From assembly GCA_020343695.1 (NCBI GenBank), contig CP070807.1:1320252-1364655 (forward strand): 44,404 nt of DNA, written 5' to 3'. This DNA is from Candidatus Omnitrophota bacterium. Lineage in GTDB: Bacteria; Omnitrophota; Gorgyraeia; Duberdicusellales; 4484-171. The notes under the pieces were generated by a model. It was given only the letters and a program-made list of their open reading frames with translations, did not search any database and had not been told where the DNA came from. The translations under genes were made by a program, and so were the position numbers. Below, one piece after another: positions 41,436 through 44,404 of the stretch. Positions within the stretch are counted from its first letter, which is position 1, and every line of letters starts with the position of its first letter.

Positions 41436-42450
41436 TTTTCGTATACGTATCGCAGATAAAATCATGAGATTTAAAACTAATAGTTCCTTACTTGCCTATA
41501 ATGCTTCTAAAGCAAAAGAGTTTAGGCATTTTTTGTATTCAGAAAAAAAGAGGCAAGATTGTACTTTTGATATAAAGTATGGAGGAATCCCCGAGTTGGG
41601 AGAGAAAGAGCTGTTATTTCGCATTGGAGAAGGTTGGTCGCTTTCAAAATGCGCAGATAAAATACTTTTTGAATACCCTGATCGCAACATCCCTAACCGT
41701 ACAGCAATGATTGCTGAAATAAAGAGCGATATGACCGAGGGGAAGATATATGTGAATGCAGAAAGTCCTTCCCAAGACAAAGAAGAAACAGGAAGACCAC
41801 CTGTCTTAAAGATGACTGGCAATCACCCTGCTCCGATATTGGCTCAAAGTGTACCGAAGCATAGATTATCGAGAAAGAGAACTCCTCAGAAGAGAGGCCA
41901 GGAGGTTATGATTGAAATCAAGGCGAATTTTTTCCAAGCCTTTTTCGTGGAGTATCTCGCAAGACAGAGGGTCGGTCTCTTAGCTCACTGCGCCTCGGTT
42001 CAGCACAGGAATAAACTCTATCTTTTTATGGGAAAGAAAGAGACAGGTAAAAGCACCATTGCGCACATTTGGCATGATGCAGTCGGTGCCACAGTATTTA
42101 ACGATGATAGAGGGGTAATTGCAGTCAAGAACAGAACGCCTTATTTCTATAACGCACCATGGGTTGGCACCTTGGTTGATAAATGCGATTTACATTCGGG
42201 ATACCCCCTTAAGATAGAGAAGATATTCTTTATCTACCAGAGCCCCGAGAATGCATTGAGAAAAATAAGTAGACAAGAAGCGATACCAAAGATATTCAGA
42301 AATAGTTTTCCTGTTTTTTGGAATAAGAACGCTGCACAATTCGCTTTAGGTATTTGTTCTCAGATAGCACATACTACGCCTTGTTATGATTTCGGCTTTG
42401 TAAATAATGAAAGTATAGTTACGTTTTTGAAGAGGAAATTGGATTTGTAG
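41428..42450 (+). CDS. HPr-kinase-like P-loop protein (HprK-related kinase)
   Basis: GLLAHCASVQHRNKLYLFMGKKETGKSTIAHIW....VFNDDRGVI matches the HprK C-terminal-like pattern (HA..v......ll.G.sG.GKST.a......lsDD). The P-loop lies at nt 42031-42057. The start overlaps the M20 stop by 8 nt (ATGTTTAA). The family call is from memory of the motif only. Confidence 0.65.
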   Translation: MFNFRIRIADKIMRFKTNSSLLAYNASKAKEFRHFLYSEKKRQDCTFDIKYGGIPELGEKELLFRIGEGWSLSKCADKILFEYPDRNIPNRTAMIAEIKSDMTEGKIYVNAESPSQDKEETGRPPVLKMTGNHPAPILAQSVPKHRLSRKRTPQKRGQEVMIEIKANFFQAFFVEYLARQRVGLLAHCASVQHRNKLYLFMGKKETGKSTIAHIWHDAVGATVFNDDRGVIAVKNRTPYFYNAPWVGTLVDKCDLHSGYPLKIEKIFFIYQSPENALRKISRQEAIPKIFRNSFPVFWNKNAAQFALGICSQIAHTTPCYDFGFVNNESIVTFLKRKLDL

Positions 42451-42470
42451 TATGCAAATAGGAGGAGAGA

Positions 42471-42770
42471 ATGAAAGATTTTAAAAAGGTGTATGAGAAG
42501 AGTAACGATATTGCATCAAGAGAAATTGACAATGAGCTATTTCTTTTGCCTATCTATAAGACAACCGACGATATAAGTAAAATGTATATATTGAACGAAA
42601 CAGCAATGGCGATGTGGACCCTTATGGATGGTGAAAGAACCCTCCAGGAAATAGTAGATAAGCTATGCACAGACTATCATGTTTCTCGTAAAACAATTGA
42701 AAAAGAACTCCAAGAGCTTGTAAAGGATTTAAGGAGTATAAATGCGATTCAAGAAAAAAGTAGTAGGTAG
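42471..42770 (+). CDS. PqqD-family protein (RiPP-recognition-element-like winged helix)
   Basis: 99 aa. ELFLLPI......MYILNETAMAMWTLMDGERTLQEIVDKLCTDYHVSRKTIEKELQELVKDL is the typical PqqD/RRE pattern. Strong SD (AGGAGGAGA). Confidence 0.75.
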   Translation: MKDFKKVYEKSNDIASREIDNELFLLPIYKTTDDISKMYILNETAMAMWTLMDGERTLQEIVDKLCTDYHVSRKTIEKELQELVKDLRSINAIQEKSSR

Positions 42771-42814
42771 CTTGTAGTGGAGAACATCGAAAAGCTCACC
42801 CAACAAGGCATTAT

Positions 42815-44404
42815 ATGAGTTCAAAACCACGAGTGATCGTAATTGGGCTTGATGGTGCAACCTTTAAAATAATTGCGCCATTGGTGAAAAAAGGAAGACT
42901 TCCCAATTTTAAGCGTCTTATGCAGGAGGCTTCATTCGGTCCCCTGCAAAGTACAATTCCTCCAATAACCCCATGTGCATGGATAAGTTTTGCAACAGGA
43001 AAGGACCCTTCCAAACACGGTCTCTATGATTTCAAGCACCACGAAGGAGACCCTGAAAACAAAAAAGCAGTAAACAGTACTTTTGTTAAAGCAAAGTCGC
43101 TATGGGAACTTTTAAGTGAGGCAAGAAAAAGATGTATTGTCATTTATGTTCCTTGTACTTACCCTCCCGAGGAAATAAATGGTATTTTAATTTCACGGAT
43201 ATTGGCCCCTTCCAATAAAAACTGTACTTATCCAAAATCTCTTTATTACACACTTCGCAAGAGAGGTTTTATCGAAGAAGATGAATCCAAAATATTTGAA
43301 CAGCACGCCGATGACGCCGATAAAAGGGGGCAGGTAAAGGATCTGGCTAAAAGACCCATAAAATTAAGTAAAGAACAGATAAGAAAGACCAAAGAGCATA
43401 TCGAGAAAATGCACAATGCAGCTAGAGATAAAATTTTTAAAAAGATTGAAAAAGATATAAGTAAAGGTCTCATCCTTGCCAAGGAGTTATTAAAAAAGGA
43501 GGATTGGGACTTTTTCATGGTCGTTTTTATGGCTGCAGATAATGCCGGGCATGGTTTCTGGTACAATCAGACAAAGGTAAGGATAGTTTATGAAAAATTA
43601 GATAGAGCGGTGGGCGAACTCTTCGATTTAGCAGGCAAAGATACCATCACATTCATAATGTCTGACCATGGGTTTACTTCAATTCCTTATGCTTGTAATA
43701 TAAATGAGTGGCTTTTTCAAAAAGGCCTGCTTTTTAAGAAATTTGAGCCTATTCATCAAGAAAGCAGAAAAGAGCTAAAAGCAGTTTTAAAAAAAATCAG
43801 AATAGGTACTTTAGGCAGAAACCAAAATAAATTTACTAAATTTCACTGCCGTCTTAAAACGGATTATGCCAGGAGTAAGGTTTATCTACAGTCAAGAACT
43901 TCTTATGGGTTGCGAATAAATTTAGCGGGAAGAGAGAATAAGGGGGTGGTTAGAAGGCAAGACTATGAACCCTTGAGAGAGTATCTTATAAAGGAATTGA
44001 AAAAAATGAGAGATCCTACAACCGGCAAGAGAATATTTTCGCATATTTTGAAAAAAGAAGATATCTATTCTGTCAGCCCTTTTAGCATTGCTCCTGCACC
44101 GGACATCTTTTTGTTGGCGAAAGATACCAGATTTATTCTTGAGGGAAAAGTCGCTGAAGGCACCAAGATATTTGCAAAAACTTTCAAGAATTATGGTTTT
44201 CATTGCTCTAAAGGGATATTTTTTGCTCATGGCAACAACATCAAGGCAACCTCTTTAAAATCGGTTAAGATAACTGACCTTACACCAACAATTCTTCACA
44301 TTCTCAATGTACCGCTTCCCGAAGATTTAGATGGCAGAGTGCTAAGGGAAATTTTTGAACCTCACACCTTTTATAGGAAGAAAAAGATTTGTTATCAAAA
44401 TCCA
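42815..44404 (+). CDS. Alkaline-phosphatase-superfamily protein (type I phosphodiesterase / nucleotide pyrophosphatase family), 3'-truncated by the window edge
   Basis: Hand translation from the ATG at 42815 gives 530 codons with no stop up to the window end, so the supplied ORF track omits it. Motifs: VIVIGLDGATF, LPNFKRLM, STIPPITPCAWISFATGKDPSKHG (Thr nucleophile context), FMAADNAGHGF, FIMSDHGF, and a late HG. Confidence 0.8.
   Translation, partial: MSSKPRVIVIGLDGATFKIIAPLVKKGRLPNFKRLMQEASFGPLQSTIPPITPCAWISFATGKDPSKHGLYDFKHHEGDPENKKAVNSTFVKAKSLWELLSEARKRCIVIYVPCTYPPEEINGILISRILAPSNKNCTYPKSLYYTLRKRGFIEEDESKIFEQHADDADKRGQVKDLAKRPIKLSKEQIRKTKEHIEKMHNAARDKIFKKIEKDISKGLILAKELLKKEDWDFFMVVFMAADNAGHGFWYNQTKVRIVYEKLDRAVGELFDLAGKDTITFIMSDHGFTSIPYACNINEWLFQKGLLFKKFEPIHQESRKELKAVLKKIRIGTLGRNQNKFTKFHCRLKTDYARSKVYLQSRTSYGLRINLAGRENKGVVRRQDYEPLREYLIKELKKMRDPTTGKRIFSHILKKEDIYSVSPFSIAPAPDIFLLAKDTRFILEGKVAEGTKIFAKTFKNYGFHCSKGIFFAHGNNIKATSLKSVKITDLTPTILHILNVPLPEDLDGRVLREIFEPHTFYRKKKICYQNP

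Noticed and set aside
37431-44404. Lasso-peptide biosynthetic cluster (transglutaminase-like + PqqD + HprK-like kinase)
   Set aside because: There is no asparagine-synthetase-like lasso cyclase, no short precursor ORF and no ABC exporter. The transglutaminase-like protein is a 782-aa exported lipoprotein, not a B2-type leader peptidase of about 150 aa. It is separated from the PqqD gene by three other genes.
1-44404. Mobile elements, prophage, CRISPR arrays, toxin-antitoxin pairs or a defence island
   Set aside because: I recognised no transposase, integrase, recombinase, phage structural or Cas-like ORFs, and no regularly spaced direct repeats. The only defence-flavoured element is the WYL domain, which is reported separately.

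Overview
AT-rich bacterial chromosomal window. It is very gene-dense: 44 of the 45 coding regions I call are on the + strand. I saw no rRNA, tRNA, CRISPR array, transposase, integrase or phage genes. All family calls come from motif recognition by eye; no searches were run.

Block 1 (1-29743) is a large Wzx/Wzy-type exopolysaccharide or O-antigen-like locus.
- Synthesis half (1-19388): three FkbM methyltransferases, about ten glycosyltransferases (GT4, GT2, CgeB-like), a Wzy-like polymerase, a NodU/CmcH carbamoyltransferase and a GDP-mannose-3,5-epimerase-like enzyme. It ends with a monotopic priming phosphoglycosyl transferase translationally coupled to a geranylgeranyl-reductase-family flavoprotein and a HAMP-GGDEF sensor whose active-site motif is GGDDF.
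- Regulation and export half (19389-29743): TPR proteins, a membrane-anchored PilZ receptor followed by a paralogous 2-TM microprotein, a predicted outer-membrane beta-barrel, an OPX (Wza-like) protein with a duplicated export domain, a Wzc-like tyrosine autokinase, an O-antigen-ligase-family protein and a TPR membrane protein.

Block 2 (29744-37386) is housekeeping and maturation genes. A sigma70-like promoter and a three-hairpin leader precede a CsaA/Trbp111-type tRNA-binding protein. Then come YjbQ, a DEDDh exonuclease fused to a WYL domain, hypF-hypC-hypD (no hypE and no hydrogenase genes in the window), an Lrp/AsnC regulator with an aminotransferase, and a DUF1805 protein.

Block 3 (37431-44404) holds a DUF3857/transglutaminase-like lipoprotein and a small TPR protein. 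These are followed by a tightly packed M20 peptidase, an HPr-kinase-like P-loop protein, a PqqD-like (RRE) protein and an alkaline-phosphatase-superfamily phosphodiesterase. The last ORF runs off the window and is missing from the supplied ORF track.

The leads I rank highest:
1. The priming-transferase / isoprenoid-reductase / c-di-GMP module.
2. The HprK-like / PqqD / phosphodiesterase cassette, which has no visible substrate gene.
3. The PilZ-2TM duplication with an internal Shine-Dalgarno site.
4. The structured leader upstream of the tRNA-binding protein gene.
5. The exonuclease-WYL fusion.
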